A stretch of DNA of 64,000 nt from Desulfomonilia bacterium (GCA_050014195.1 JBEKDT010000020.1:1-64000), one strand, 5' to 3'. Numbered from the stretch's first letter, positions 29,540-38,868 are shown. Numbers and translations are program-made. The notes: generated from the sequence alone by a model not told the origin.

Positions 29540-30583
29540 TTATCTCCCCTGTACATCTTCAACAGGTACCACGCGGATCTCAATGCGTTCGACCCTGCGA
29601 ATGATGGTAAGAATAATCTCTTCACCAATGGGCCATTCCGAGAGGAACCGATGGAGGTCGTCCACGCTTGAGACCCCCGTGTCGTGCACCGCAACAATGA
29701 AATCGCCCATGTGGATGCCTGCCTTTGCCGCCGGGGAGTCCCTTTCTACCGAGAGAACCTCGATGGCAAAGTTGCTCTTAAGGTTATGATACCTCATGAG
29801 CCTGCGATTCAGGGGCCGCTGCCGTCCTGAGATACCCAGGAAGCCCCTTCGTACCCTGCCGTGGGTGAGCAGTTGTGAAACAACCCACCTGGCCATGTTT
29901 GCCGGCACGGCAAACCCGATTCCCTGGGCCATGAAGATGATAGCCGTATTAATGCCCATTACATTACCCGCCGAATCCACCAAAGGCCCGCCTGAATTTC
30001 CCGGGTTCAGGGGGGCTGTGTGCTGGATGATGTTCTCAATGAGCCTGCCGTCCCTGCTCCTGAGAGCCCTGCCAAGTGCGCTCACCACTCCGGTTGAGAC
30101 CGTGGACTGGAATCCGAAGGGATTGCCTATGGCAATCACCAGCTGCCCGGGTTTGAGCTGACCAGAATCACCAAGCTCAGAGTATTCAAGGGAGGATGCA
30201 TTGGCCCCGATAACCGCCAGGTCGGTGGCAGGGTCTGTACCTATAGTGGAGGCCGCCATGGTGCTCCCATCGGTAAACGTTACACGGAGCTGTTTTGCGC
30301 CGTGTACTACATGATCATTGGTGAGGATGTAGCCATCCGGGGTAAAGATTACACCGGAACCTGCAGCCGATTGCTCGGGGTCATCCTTATGCTGCTGATG
30401 ATTTCCGCTATGGATGCTGACCACCGAAGGGCTCACCTTTTCAACAACCGAGATAACAGCCTTGGAATAAGCATCCAGGAGCTCCGCATCTCTAGTTTGT
30501 CCTGCAGCCGGGGTTATTGCCTGGGCATGTCCGGGGGCCTTATCGCTAATAAATTTCAACGCATTCTCAGATCTCGTTTTCAT
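29540..30583 (-). CDS. HtrA/HhoA-like trypsin protease with one PDZ domain, no signal peptide
   Basis: GSGVI, LTNDHVV, DLAVI, LNPGNSGGPL. Confidence 0.92.
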   Translation of the reverse strand: MKTRSENALKFISDKAPGHAQAITPAAGQTRDAELLDAYSKAVISVVEKVSPSVVSIHSGNHQQHKDDPEQSAAGSGVIFTPDGYILTNDHVVHGAKQLRVTFTDGSTMAASTIGTDPATDLAVIGANASSLEYSELGDSGQLKPGQLVIAIGNPFGFQSTVSTGVVSALGRALRSRDGRLIENIIQHTAPLNPGNSGGPLVDSAGNVMGINTAIIFMAQGIGFAVPANMARWVVSQLLTHGRVRRGFLGISGRQRPLNRRLMRYHNLKSNFAIEVLSVERDSPAAKAGIHMGDFIVAVHDTGVSSVDDLHRFLSEWPIGEEIILTIIRRVERIEIRVVPVEDVQGR

Positions 30584-30729
30584 GGCCTTTACCCATCACT
30601 TGACACACTATTAACTCCAGTATGACAAACATATTGGTACAAATGCTTAATAACTATTCTTCTATAGGGTCTTATGCTGCGGATTCAATGGCAGGACTTA
30701 TCTTGAGTTCAGTTCGATTGGCTGAACGA

Positions 30730-30767
30730 GAAGAAGCTCCCCGTCCATGGATGCGGGGAGCTTCTTC
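30730..30767. terminator. Strong hairpin downstream of the ABC SBP gene (terminator or IS200/IS605-type end)
   Basis: gaagaagctccccg-tccatggatg-cggggagcttcttc, perfect 14-bp stem. Confidence 0.6.
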
Positions 30768-30795
30768 CTTACCGCATATTCTCTTAATCGTTCAT

Positions 30796-31812
30796 TTACT
30801 TGGCAGGTTTTGCGATCTGGAGGATCTCCATGGGGAACTGGATATCTAAGGCTTTCATCCGTTCGGTATCCACCATGATCTTGAGGTCCTCCTGCTTGAG
30901 GATAGGCAGCATCTCAGGTTTCTTGCCTTCTTTAAGTATCTTCAGCGCGTTTTGCCCCCCAAGTTCACCCACCGTATCAAAGTCAGTGCCTACTGAGAGC
31001 ACAGCTCCTTTTGTGTGCTGGAACACAAAACTGATGATCGGCATCTTGTTGGCCCTGCAGAATTCATCAAGGTCATTAACGTTCTGGTAATTCTTGATGC
31101 CATAGTAGGTATCGAGCGGGATTGCATAAGCCTCAGCACCCTGGTCTTTGAGTGCCTTTATGGCTGGTTTTATACTATCCTTTTTGCTCACTTGTTTTGA
31201 TATGACGGTCATACCAAAGCCAGGGGCATTTTTCTTGGCATCCTGCACATGGGCGATGCCGTTTTCATCCTCACTGCTCACCATGCCGATGGTCTTGAGG
31301 TTGGGGAATGCAGCCTTGACTATTTTCAGAGCGCTCTTCATATCAAAATAGAGCGTAGCGCCGGTAACACCAGGGCCTCCATTGGCAAGAGAAGGACACC
31401 CCGCAGCTTGGGGAATCGCCACGGCTATGAAAACAAGGGGGATGCCTGCAGAGGTGATCTTGTCCCGGGCATACTTGGTTGCAGGTGTACCGATGGTGAC
31501 GGCAAGATCGGGCTTTGCAGAGGCAATACGGGATGCCTCGGATTTGATCTTAAAAAGAACACCCATCTTGTCCAGAAAACCGCCGCCCTCAACGTTGTAG
31601 TCAATGATGACACGGTTGACCTTGAGGTTCTTTCCCTGGACAATACCGTCTTTTTTCAAGGTGTCGAGGAATCCATCATATGCTATCTGGAATGCTTCGA
31701 TCTTGGCCACCTGGAGGACCTCAATCCTGTAAACCTTTTCTTCAGCGGAACAGGGAACAGAGAGTACAGCGAAGGTAAACAGCATGACGATAAAAGCACC
31801 GATCTTTTTCAT
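30796..31812 (-). CDS. ABC transporter substrate-binding protein (ABC_sub_bind/DUF534 type)
   Basis: Signal peptide; PDLAVTIGTPA, IPLVF, GKKPEMLPI. Confidence 0.82.
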   Translation of the reverse strand: MKKIGAFIVMLFTFAVLSVPCSAEEKVYRIEVLQVAKIEAFQIAYDGFLDTLKKDGIVQGKNLKVNRVIIDYNVEGGGFLDKMGVLFKIKSEASRIASAKPDLAVTIGTPATKYARDKITSAGIPLVFIAVAIPQAAGCPSLANGGPGVTGATLYFDMKSALKIVKAAFPNLKTIGMVSSEDENGIAHVQDAKKNAPGFGMTVISKQVSKKDSIKPAIKALKDQGAEAYAIPLDTYYGIKNYQNVNDLDEFCRANKMPIISFVFQHTKGAVLSVGTDFDTVGELGGQNALKILKEGKKPEMLPILKQEDLKIMVDTERMKALDIQFPMEILQIAKPAK

Positions 31813-32071
31813 TAAACATACCTCCTTATCTTATCTTTTTCAGTACATGTATCAAGGATACTACAAACCTGCTTATAAATATAATGTTAATGTATATTGA
31901 TTTTTAAAATCCAGTACCATGCTTAATGTTTTTTCGATGTAATCACCTATTTGCATTTATTTCATATTTAGTTATCAGTTGCGAGATAAAATGAGAAAAG
32001 CCAATGGATCGTCCCTTGCGTCAAGTCCTGTTCTTGGTTATCCTCATGAGAAGAATGGGATGGAGGGGGTC

Positions 32072-32737
32072 ATGGATACACGTACCATAGGCGCTTTTTT
32101 CGACTTCGATAAAACCCTCATCGACGTGGACAGTCCAAGCCTCGGGATCCGCTACCTGTGGGAGCACCGGCTGATCTCTTTTGCCTACATCCTTAAGGTC
32201 ATGTCGTTCAATTTCTTCTATCAACGGCATCTCATCTCGGATGATTTCATGGCAAGGGTTCTTATCAGCTTCTATCGCGACAAGCCGTTTGCACAGTTTG
32301 AGGCCGGTTCTCAAGAATATTATGAAGAGGTCATCAGGCCTCACCTTGCCCCGAAAATCGTGTCACGTGCCATGGAGCACAAAGACAAGGGGCACATCCT
32401 CGTTCTCATCTCCGCAGGGCTCAGGTACCTCCTCAAGCCCGTGGCTTCAGACCTGGGGTTCGACCATCTCGTGTGCACCGATCTGGAGGTGAGGCCCGAC
32501 GGCGTTCTCACAGGCAGGACCGTGGGGCCGGTCTGCACGGACAACCGCAAGAGGGAACTCGCAAAGAAGCTGGCGGATGAAGTCGGTATGGACCTCGCAA
32601 TATCCTATGCCTACGGTAACCACCAGGCAGACATCCCTTTACTGGAGCTCGTAGGCCATGCCTTTGCCGTAGAGCCTACGGAGCAGCTCAGGAAGACGGC
32701 AATAGAGCGGGGATGGCCGGTCCTGAGTTTTCGGTAG
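32072..32737 (+). CDS. HAD-IB family hydrolase
   Basis: AFFDFDKTL, LISAG, YAYGNHQADIPLLELVG. Confidence 0.9.
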   Translation: MDTRTIGAFFDFDKTLIDVDSPSLGIRYLWEHRLISFAYILKVMSFNFFYQRHLISDDFMARVLISFYRDKPFAQFEAGSQEYYEEVIRPHLAPKIVSRAMEHKDKGHILVLISAGLRYLLKPVASDLGFDHLVCTDLEVRPDGVLTGRTVGPVCTDNRKRELAKKLADEVGMDLAISYAYGNHQADIPLLELVGHAFAVEPTEQLRKTAIERGWPVLSFR

Positions 32738-32921
32738 TCGGTAGCCGGTAGTCGATAGCCCTTGATTTCATGGGGGACGGGGCTATTATTCATCAATACT
32801 GTTTTTCAATAGAGTGAACTATCCTGAACATCACGTTCATCAGCCGGTGAATCATTGATCCTGACTAGACAGTTGTCCTGTTACATTTTTTTTGAAAAGC
32901 CAGGAAGGGGGTTAAAAAATC

Positions 32922-33860
32922 ATGCTGGAATCAACAAAAAATAATAGCAAGCTGTTCGGCAAGGATAAGGATACCTTGGGAAAAGTACTTGAAGGGTACA
33001 TCTATGGGAGGTGGCCGACCCTTTGTATTTATCATACGCGTACCCTGGTGAACAAGTTCCTTCCGGATCCCGGAGTCATCCCCCGCTATCCCGAAGAGAT
33101 GATCCCTCCTGAGATAGATGAGCTGGCCCAGCTGGTGGTTGAAAGGATGCTGCCCACCCTTCTGAGCACGGAAACGAGCGGTTACCACGGCAAGGCCATG
33201 AAACTGGATGAAGCAAAGGCCCTCTTGAGCATTGAGACGGACATATCCCTGACCAACCTGGAAAGGGTGATCCCCTACAAGCATGCCCGGGATATCATTT
33301 TGAAGAACCCGGACCGGATCGCGGTAATCGACTGTCCCTGCAGGTCATCCAAGGAAAACCCTTGTGAGCCCCTGGATGTCTGCCTGGCCGTTGGTGATCC
33401 TGGCGCAAGTTTCATGCTCGAGCACAAGACCAATAATGCCCGCAAGATCAGCCAGGATGAGGCGGTCGCCATTGTAAAGGCAGAGGACGATCGGGGTCAT
33501 ATCCACAGCGCATGGTTCAAAGACTCCTTCGGAGATAGATTATTTGCCGTCTGTAATTGCTGCAAGTGCTGCTGCAATGGCATGAAAGCACATTTCAACC
33601 ACGTACCGTCAATCGCCCCTTCCGGGTATGTCTCTGAAATCAACGAGGAGTGCAACGGCTGCGGCGCCTGTGTCGGGTATTGTCAGTTCGGAGCCATCAG
33701 CATGACGGATGATCGGGCTCGGGTAAGCCTTGAAACATGCATGGGCTGCGGGGTATGTGAATCAAAGTGTCCCGCCCAGGCCATAAGCCTGAAGAGAGAT
33801 CCTGCCAGGTGCGAGCCATTGGATATGAGGATGCTCATTGCACAGAATCACGCGGTCTGA
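32922..33860 (+). CDS. 4Fe-4S binding protein (CPCR...CNCCKCCC + 2x[4Fe-4S])
   Basis: DCPCR, VCNCCKCCC, CNGCGACVGYC, CMGCGVCESKCP. Confidence 0.85.
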   Translation: MLESTKNNSKLFGKDKDTLGKVLEGYIYGRWPTLCIYHTRTLVNKFLPDPGVIPRYPEEMIPPEIDELAQLVVERMLPTLLSTETSGYHGKAMKLDEAKALLSIETDISLTNLERVIPYKHARDIILKNPDRIAVIDCPCRSSKENPCEPLDVCLAVGDPGASFMLEHKTNNARKISQDEAVAIVKAEDDRGHIHSAWFKDSFGDRLFAVCNCCKCCCNGMKAHFNHVPSIAPSGYVSEINEECNGCGACVGYCQFGAISMTDDRARVSLETCMGCGVCESKCPAQAISLKRDPARCEPLDMRMLIAQNHAV

Positions 33861-33911
33861 AGGGCAATGTTCCGTGGGTTATCGCAACGACAGGCATCAC
33901 CTATGGATGTA

Positions 33912-33939
33912 AGCCGTCCGCTGGAGCCGTTGGTTATAC
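33912..33939 (-). mobile_element. Truncated attC (5' arm only) after the cupin cassette
   Basis: GTATAAC CAACGGCTCCAGCGGACGGCT, similar to the 5' arms of the intact attC sites; 3' arm missing. Confidence 0.65.
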
Positions 33940-33945
33940 ACTATA

Positions 33946-34263
33946 CTATAGATAATCCTTTCTTGGCGGACTAAAGAAGTCTAATACTTCACCAGGTTCA
34001 ATGATTTCCATGCGATGTTCTACATCACGAGGGATAGAATATGAATCACCCGGAACTATCATGTAGTCAATGTTACCAATTAATAGTCTATATTTTTCAG
34101 AGATCACATACCCACTCTGCTCATTTGGATGCTTATGAAATGGAACATTGTCCTCTATCTTGTAAAGCATTTTAGTTACCATTGATTCTGGTCCATGCGA
34201 GAGCAGAATAAAATCAACTCCTAGAAAGCTTCTTCTCTGACCCTCGTTCGATTTAACGATCAT
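33946..34263 (-). CDS. Cupin domain protein (gene cassette 4)
   Basis: PFHKHPNEQSGYV, GDSYSIP..VEH, DFFSPPRKDY. Confidence 0.88.
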   Translation of the reverse strand: MIVKSNEGQRRSFLGVDFILLSHGPESMVTKMLYKIEDNVPFHKHPNEQSGYVISEKYRLLIGNIDYMIVPGDSYSIPRDVEHRMEIIEPGEVLDFFSPPRKDYL

Positions 34264-34281
34264 ACTGTCTCCTTGTATGGT

Positions 34282-34306
34282 GTATTACGTGCGGATCACC
34301 GTCAGC
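34282..34306 (-). mobile_element. Degenerate attC remnant (3' arm, mutated core GTAATAC)
   Basis: GCTGACGGTGATCCGCAC GTAATACAC; differs by one base from GTTATACAC, the complement of the cupin cassette R'' region. Confidence 0.55.
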
Positions 34307-34458
34307 TATAAGTCCCGGCCTATACAGATAAGAACAATTACAACTGGTACTAAGATTCCAGTTGTTTCAAATATTTTGGCAATGCCTGAAACAATAAGAC
34401 CGATCAAAACAAGAAAGATAATAGCAGTGCTCTCAGCCTTTGTAATTCTACGTGGCAT
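34306..34458 (-). pseudogene. Small 2-TM protein, probably a truncated cassette gene (cassette 3)
   Basis: AGGGAGGT SD right after attC; MPRRITKAESTAIIFLVLIGLIVSGIAKIFETTGILVPVVIVLICIGRDL (50 aa) runs into the attC remnant. Confidence 0.6.
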
Positions 34459-34474
34459 TAGCACCTCCCTTTAA

Positions 34475-34540
34475 GCATAACACACGGCTCAGCGGGAGTG
34501 GCCGCCTTTTGCCACGATCCGCTGCAGCCTATGGTTAAAT
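34475..34540 (-). mobile_element. attC site (66 bp)
   Basis: ATTTAAC CATA GGCT-G-CAGCGG...GTGGC/GCCAC...CCGCTG AGCC GTGT GTTATGC; the upstream stop codon lies in R''; one unpaired base in the L box. Confidence 0.85.
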
Positions 34541-35167
34541 GCTCCCTTTATCAGTCATTTTGGCGTGCTCCCAGATTTGCTCTAATGGCGATATGTCGTT
34601 CGGCAGATCATTTAGTGCTGCGGCTGTGAGGGATATCAAAAGGTCAAACACTCCCCGCCGACCTATCAGGTTGACGAGCCTCTCCGCAGCTTCTTTACGT
34701 TCAGCACTATCAAACACCATAGAGAGTTCCGGTACTTCGGATACTATATCCTCATGAATCGCCTCGAAAACCGTCTTGTTCAGTTTGAATAGCTCACGCA
34801 GTCGAGAACTTACCGATTGGCTCTCGAAGCTGCCTTCCATCGCCGAGTGCGCAAACTCGTTTCTGATTTTTCTGAGTAGATGGAGGCTCGACCGAACTGA
34901 CAGTCGAATGAGACCGATGCGGTACGCAAAATCTATTTTTGCAGAAAAGGTGGATAGAGGCGCGTAGGGGCCTGAGAACAATTCATCATCTCGTTCAGGA
35001 GATGGAACAAGTCGTGCTGAGAGCATATGCTCAAGGGTGTCCTCCAGCAACGCGGCGGCCACGATGACAGCACCGCGGTCCGTCTCACTCCTGAGCTGTT
35101 TTTTGAGGGCGAGAAAACGGTCTGCCATAGCGTGGCTTCTTGCGGTTTCGTCCGAATCGGTTGCCAT
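34535..35167 (-). CDS. MtlR-like protein (gene cassette 2)
   Basis: ETDRGAVIVAAALLEDTL, PLSTFSAKIDFAYRIGLI, LRKIRNEFAH; true start is probably ATG 35167, after the attC. Confidence 0.82.
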   Translation of the reverse strand: MATDSDETARSHAMADRFLALKKQLRSETDRGAVIVAAALLEDTLEHMLSARLVPSPERDDELFSGPYAPLSTFSAKIDFAYRIGLIRLSVRSSLHLLRKIRNEFAHSAMEGSFESQSVSSRLRELFKLNKTVFEAIHEDIVSEVPELSMVFDSAERKEAAERLVNLIGRRGVFDLLISLTAAALNDLPNDISPLEQIWEHAKMTDKGSI

Positions 35168-35196
35168 AATGTTTCCTAAGTGTTTAGGTTCTACGC

Positions 35197-35251
35197 GCTT
35201 AATGCTCGGCGTCAGGCGCTGCAAAGTGTCGCCTGCACGCCGTTGTTGGCC
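35197..35251 (-). mobile_element. attC site (55 bp) with mutated R' core
   Basis: GGCCAAC AA CGGCGT-G-CAGGCG...CGCCTG ACGCCG AGC ATTAAGC (ATT in place of GTT). Confidence 0.82.
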
Positions 35252-35258
35252 GCTTCAT

Positions 35259-35942
35259 TTAGCGCTTTAGATTCACCTTCAAGAACCAGTAACCCTCATG
35301 GTGTTGCTCACCCGCTGGCTCGATCTCCACTATTGAGGAGAAAATCGGACCATCCGTCACAACAGTGTGATACTCACCCAATTCGCCCGACGGATCAATT
35401 CCATTTTCTTCCATATCCACAATTGTCTGAGCCTGTATGGTCTTTCCCAAGAAACTCTTGTCCATCTTCTGTTCATTGATGACGACAATCTTGGCTATAA
35501 ACCCCAGACCAATCAATTCTTCCAGTAGTTCGCGCCGATCTCGTTTCCAGAGGGGATGAATCGGTACGATCCCCGCATCATCACACACACGTCTAACCCA
35601 TTCACGATGGGAGTCCACGTCAATATCCCCGAATACACCAACTTCGATTCCGGATTTCTTGAACTCGTGAAGGGCAGAAACAAATTCCACTTCGTATTGC
35701 TGCCATGTGGCTGAACGGAAAGCGGACAGCAAACCTAAGCTTCTGGCCTGTTCCTCAATCAACGGTTTGGGCAGTGCATGGGAACGCGAAGTTACACCGT
35801 CTTCTGATAGGATAGTGAGAAGGGATTGGGGCTTACCGCCGTTCTGAATGGCGTGATACAGAGCGAGACATGAGTCTTTACCCCCACTCCATGAACAGAA
35901 GAACGGACGCCCAGCAATTGATTCCTCGGTGTTATCTGTCAT
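35259..35942 (-). CDS. PP-loop ATPase, diphthine-ammonia ligase/DUF71 family (gene cassette 1)
   Basis: SWSGGKDS, VFGDID, PLW, DPSGELGEYHTVVTDGPIF. Confidence 0.9.
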   Translation of the reverse strand: MTDNTEESIAGRPFFCSWSGGKDSCLALYHAIQNGGKPQSLLTILSEDGVTSRSHALPKPLIEEQARSLGLLSAFRSATWQQYEVEFVSALHEFKKSGIEVGVFGDIDVDSHREWVRRVCDDAGIVPIHPLWKRDRRELLEELIGLGFIAKIVVINEQKMDKSFLGKTIQAQTIVDMEENGIDPSGELGEYHTVVTDGPIFSSIVEIEPAGEQHHEGYWFLKVNLKR

Positions 35943-35953
35943 TTTGTCTTCTC

Positions 35954-36000
35954 CGGCCAACAATTACTCTACTGCACCTTTGCTTCACCTATCTCGTTAT
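35954..36000 (-). mobile_element. Putative attI-like site at the head of the cassette array
   Basis: GTTGGCC (35954-35960) is the exact complement of cassette 1 R'' GGCCAAC; no attC-type hairpin precedes it. Confidence 0.55.
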
Positions 36001-36015
36001 CCGAAGCACAATTGC

Positions 36016-36044
36016 AGTATATCCGTATATTGAGTGCGCGGCAA
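36016..36044 (-). promoter_or_regulatory. Pc-like promoter facing the cassette array
   Basis: TTGCCG-N17-TATACT on the minus strand. Confidence 0.6.
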
Positions 36045-36132
36045 TATGCTGTTAAATTACTTAAACGCCATAATCCTTAAGATAATCATGAGAATCAGAA
36101 AACCTACAGCCCGGCGCCGGCTTCCATCCTCA

Positions 36133-37023
36133 TCATTTTCTCTGCATGGCCGTCTCAAGCCTTCTGACTGCCAGGGAGCAGGTAAAAGTCAGGATGAAAT
36201 ACATGGCCGTAATGGTGATCCAGATCTCGAATGTGCGATAGGTGGACGACATGATCTCCATGCCCTGGAAGGTCAGATCCTGAATGGATATTACAGAGAC
36301 GATGGCAGAGTCCTTAATGGTAGAGATCAGCTGGCCGGCCAGCGGCGGCAGGATTCTTATCGTTGCCTGCGGGAAGATGATATGCCGCATCTGCTGCCAC
36401 TTGGTAAACCCCAGTGCGCTTGATGCCTCCCACTGCCCCCGCTCGATTGATGTTATGCCCGCACGTACGATCTCGGTGATGTATGCGCCTTCGTAAAGCG
36501 CCAGCATGGCAACTGCAGAGACAAACACGGGCAGTTGCGAAATCGGGGCACAGCAGCCTGCCAGGAATTCCTGCGCCCCCGGCCTGAGGGATTGGAGCAG
36601 TGTGTTGACCCCGAATGCGTTCAAGATCTGGTCGCTGACAAAATAATACACGATGAACACAAGGACCAGAGGCGGCATGTTCCGGATGAGCTCTACATAT
36701 GTCCTGCCGACCATACGGCGGAAGAGCCTCTTACTGACCCTGAACAGGGCCATGATAACCCCGATGATCGTAGCAAGCAGGGTGGACCATATGCTGAGCT
36801 TGATGGTCGTCAGGAAACCCTGCATCAGGAGATTGGGAACCCATCTGCCCTTTCCCATATCAAAGCGGAAGAGATACTGGGGTATGACTTCCCAGTGCCA
36901 GTTATATCGCAGGTCCACCCTGATCTTGTGGACGACCCAGAAGGAGACGGCCGCAAGCACACTGAGAACTATTGCATCCACAATAGTGAGCCTGAGCCTC
37001 TTCTCCACGATCGCCTCATCCAC
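36133..37023 (-). CDS. Polar amino-acid ABC transporter permease
   Basis: YVELIRNMPPLV, AYITEIVRAGI...GQWEA, IKDSAIVS. Confidence 0.92.
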   Translation of the reverse strand: MDEAIVEKRLRLTIVDAIVLSVLAAVSFWVVHKIRVDLRYNWHWEVIPQYLFRFDMGKGRWVPNLLMQGFLTTIKLSIWSTLLATIIGVIMALFRVSKRLFRRMVGRTYVELIRNMPPLVLVFIVYYFVSDQILNAFGVNTLLQSLRPGAQEFLAGCCAPISQLPVFVSAVAMLALYEGAYITEIVRAGITSIERGQWEASSALGFTKWQQMRHIIFPQATIRILPPLAGQLISTIKDSAIVSVISIQDLTFQGMEIMSSTYRTFEIWITITAMYFILTFTCSLAVRRLETAMQRK

Positions 37024-37096
37024 GGTAATGCCGGTGCCGACATTTTTTCAAGCAGGACACATATTGTGCCGGCACCGGAAAAGGGTTTAACTTCTT

Positions 37097-37930
37097 CTAT
37101 TCAATGGAATTCTTCCATTCCTTGGTCTCAAACCAGTAATGCTTGCGCTCCTTGAGCCATCCTTCGGCCTCCACCACAATGATCCAGTTATTCAGGAAGT
37201 TCAGGGTATCCACATCACCCTTGACGATGGCAAACCCGATGGGCTCACGCGTGAAATTTTCCTTCAGCGGCAGGAAGAGCTTGTCCGGGTATTCAAGGGC
37301 TTGGAAGGCAGGCAGAGGTGCCGATGCAATCAGGGCATGGACGCGTCCGTTCAGCAGCTCCTGTACGGCCTGGGATTCGTCATCGAAGAGCCTGAGATTG
37401 GCATTCGGTGTAAATCTCTTGGCCGCTGCTGCCGCTGTAGTCCCGATCCTGGCAGCAATCGTCACGGAGGGTTTGTTGAAGTCCGATAACGTCTTAAACC
37501 CCTTGGCGAGTTTCTTGCTGGCTACAATGGACATCCCTGTATAATCATACGGCTGGGAGAAATTCACCTTGAGGTTCCGTTCGGGTGTTATACCCATGCC
37601 GCCGATAATCATGTCGAATTTGCCTGTGAGCAGCGCCGGAAGGATTCCCGACCATTTGGTAGGCACAAACTCCACCTTGACGCCCATATCCTGTGCCAGC
37701 CTTTTGGCCACATCGATTTCGAAGCCCACTAGGTTGCCCTGTTTATCCTTCATGGCCCAAGGCACAAAGGTAGACATCCCTACCCTGAGCACACCCTTTT
37801 GGAGCACCTGCTCGATGGTGCTCTGGCTCAAAAGTTCATCCCTGACGCTCTTGGCTGCAATCAACAGCCCTGCACACAAAATGATGACAAGCACGAGAGC
37901 CGCCGTGATTGAAACTCTCTTCTTTTTCAT
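37097..37930 (-). CDS. Polar amino-acid ABC substrate-binding protein
   Basis: GVLRVG, GFEIDVA, GKFDMIIGGMGITPER, FSQPY. Confidence 0.92.
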   Translation of the reverse strand: MKKKRVSITAALVLVIILCAGLLIAAKSVRDELLSQSTIEQVLQKGVLRVGMSTFVPWAMKDKQGNLVGFEIDVAKRLAQDMGVKVEFVPTKWSGILPALLTGKFDMIIGGMGITPERNLKVNFSQPYDYTGMSIVASKKLAKGFKTLSDFNKPSVTIAARIGTTAAAAAKRFTPNANLRLFDDESQAVQELLNGRVHALIASAPLPAFQALEYPDKLFLPLKENFTREPIGFAIVKGDVDTLNFLNNWIIVVEAEGWLKERKHYWFETKEWKNSIE

Positions 37931-37968
37931 ACGAATAATCCCTCCTTTTTTAATTACCTGCCGCTTCA

Positions 37969-38793
37969 TTATGATCGCACCGCTGTCATTCTCTTTTCCA
38001 TCTCATGTGCAATTGTCGAGAGGCTCATGGTGATGACCAGATAAATTGCCGCCACGGTGAACCAGATTTCAAAGACCAGAAATGTCTCCGCCACGATGGC
38101 CTGACCCTGCATGGTCAAGTCATAGATGGCGATTGTGCTTACAAGGGCCGAGTCCTTGATAAGCGACACGGCCTGGCTTGTCAGGGGTGGTAGGATCCGG
38201 CGGACCGCCTGCGGGAGGATAACGAAGCGGTATGCCTCAAAAGTGGACAGCCCCGAGCTTAAGCCGGCTTCCCACTGTCCCCTGGGTATGGACTCGATCC
38301 CTGACCGAAAGATCTCGGAGATGTAGGCCCCCTCAAAAAGACTCAAGGCGAGTACCGCAGATGTGAAGGCCCCGATACCCACAATGGGTGAGATGACAAA
38401 GTAGAGCAAGAAGAGCTGGATGAGCAGCGGGGTATTTCTGATCAGCTCCAGATATGCCCTTGCAAGCGCCCTGGCGGAGAAAGAGCTGGAAAGCCTCATC
38501 AAAACCGTTACAAGCCCGATGGCAAATGCCATCACCAGGCTCACTCCTGTTATGCGAAACGTCACCATGAGCCCCTTCAGAAGAGGCCCAGCAATGAGAC
38601 CGGCATCGGTTCTTGTGAAGAGATACCTGGGGACCCGGTACCATTGCCAGTTATATCCGAGTGTGGTGGTCCCCTTGATCATGAGGAGAACGACCAGGGT
38701 GACCAGGATGAGGTATTTCCCAAGGTCCATGAACATTCTGCTCGGGGCGATATGTCCAGGCAAAATCTGATTGCGAATAAGTTGTCTCGCCAT
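37969..38793 (-). CDS. Polar amino-acid ABC transporter permease
   Basis: YLELIRNTPLLIQ, AYISEIFRSGI...GQWEA, IKDSALVS. Confidence 0.92.
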   Translation of the reverse strand: MARQLIRNQILPGHIAPSRMFMDLGKYLILVTLVVLLMIKGTTTLGYNWQWYRVPRYLFTRTDAGLIAGPLLKGLMVTFRITGVSLVMAFAIGLVTVLMRLSSSFSARALARAYLELIRNTPLLIQLFLLYFVISPIVGIGAFTSAVLALSLFEGAYISEIFRSGIESIPRGQWEAGLSSGLSTFEAYRFVILPQAVRRILPPLTSQAVSLIKDSALVSTIAIYDLTMQGQAIVAETFLVFEIWFTVAAIYLVITMSLSTIAHEMEKRMTAVRS

Positions 38794-38868
38794 CCGTTAT
38801 TTATCCTTCATACCTTACGGATTAGGTCGACGAAGTTCCATGTCCCGGTGAATGAGCATACGGAAACC

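Noticed and set aside
32735-32760. Short ggtag(t/c)c tandem repeat after the HAD-IB gene
   Set aside because: Three to four degenerate 7-mers; too short to interpret.
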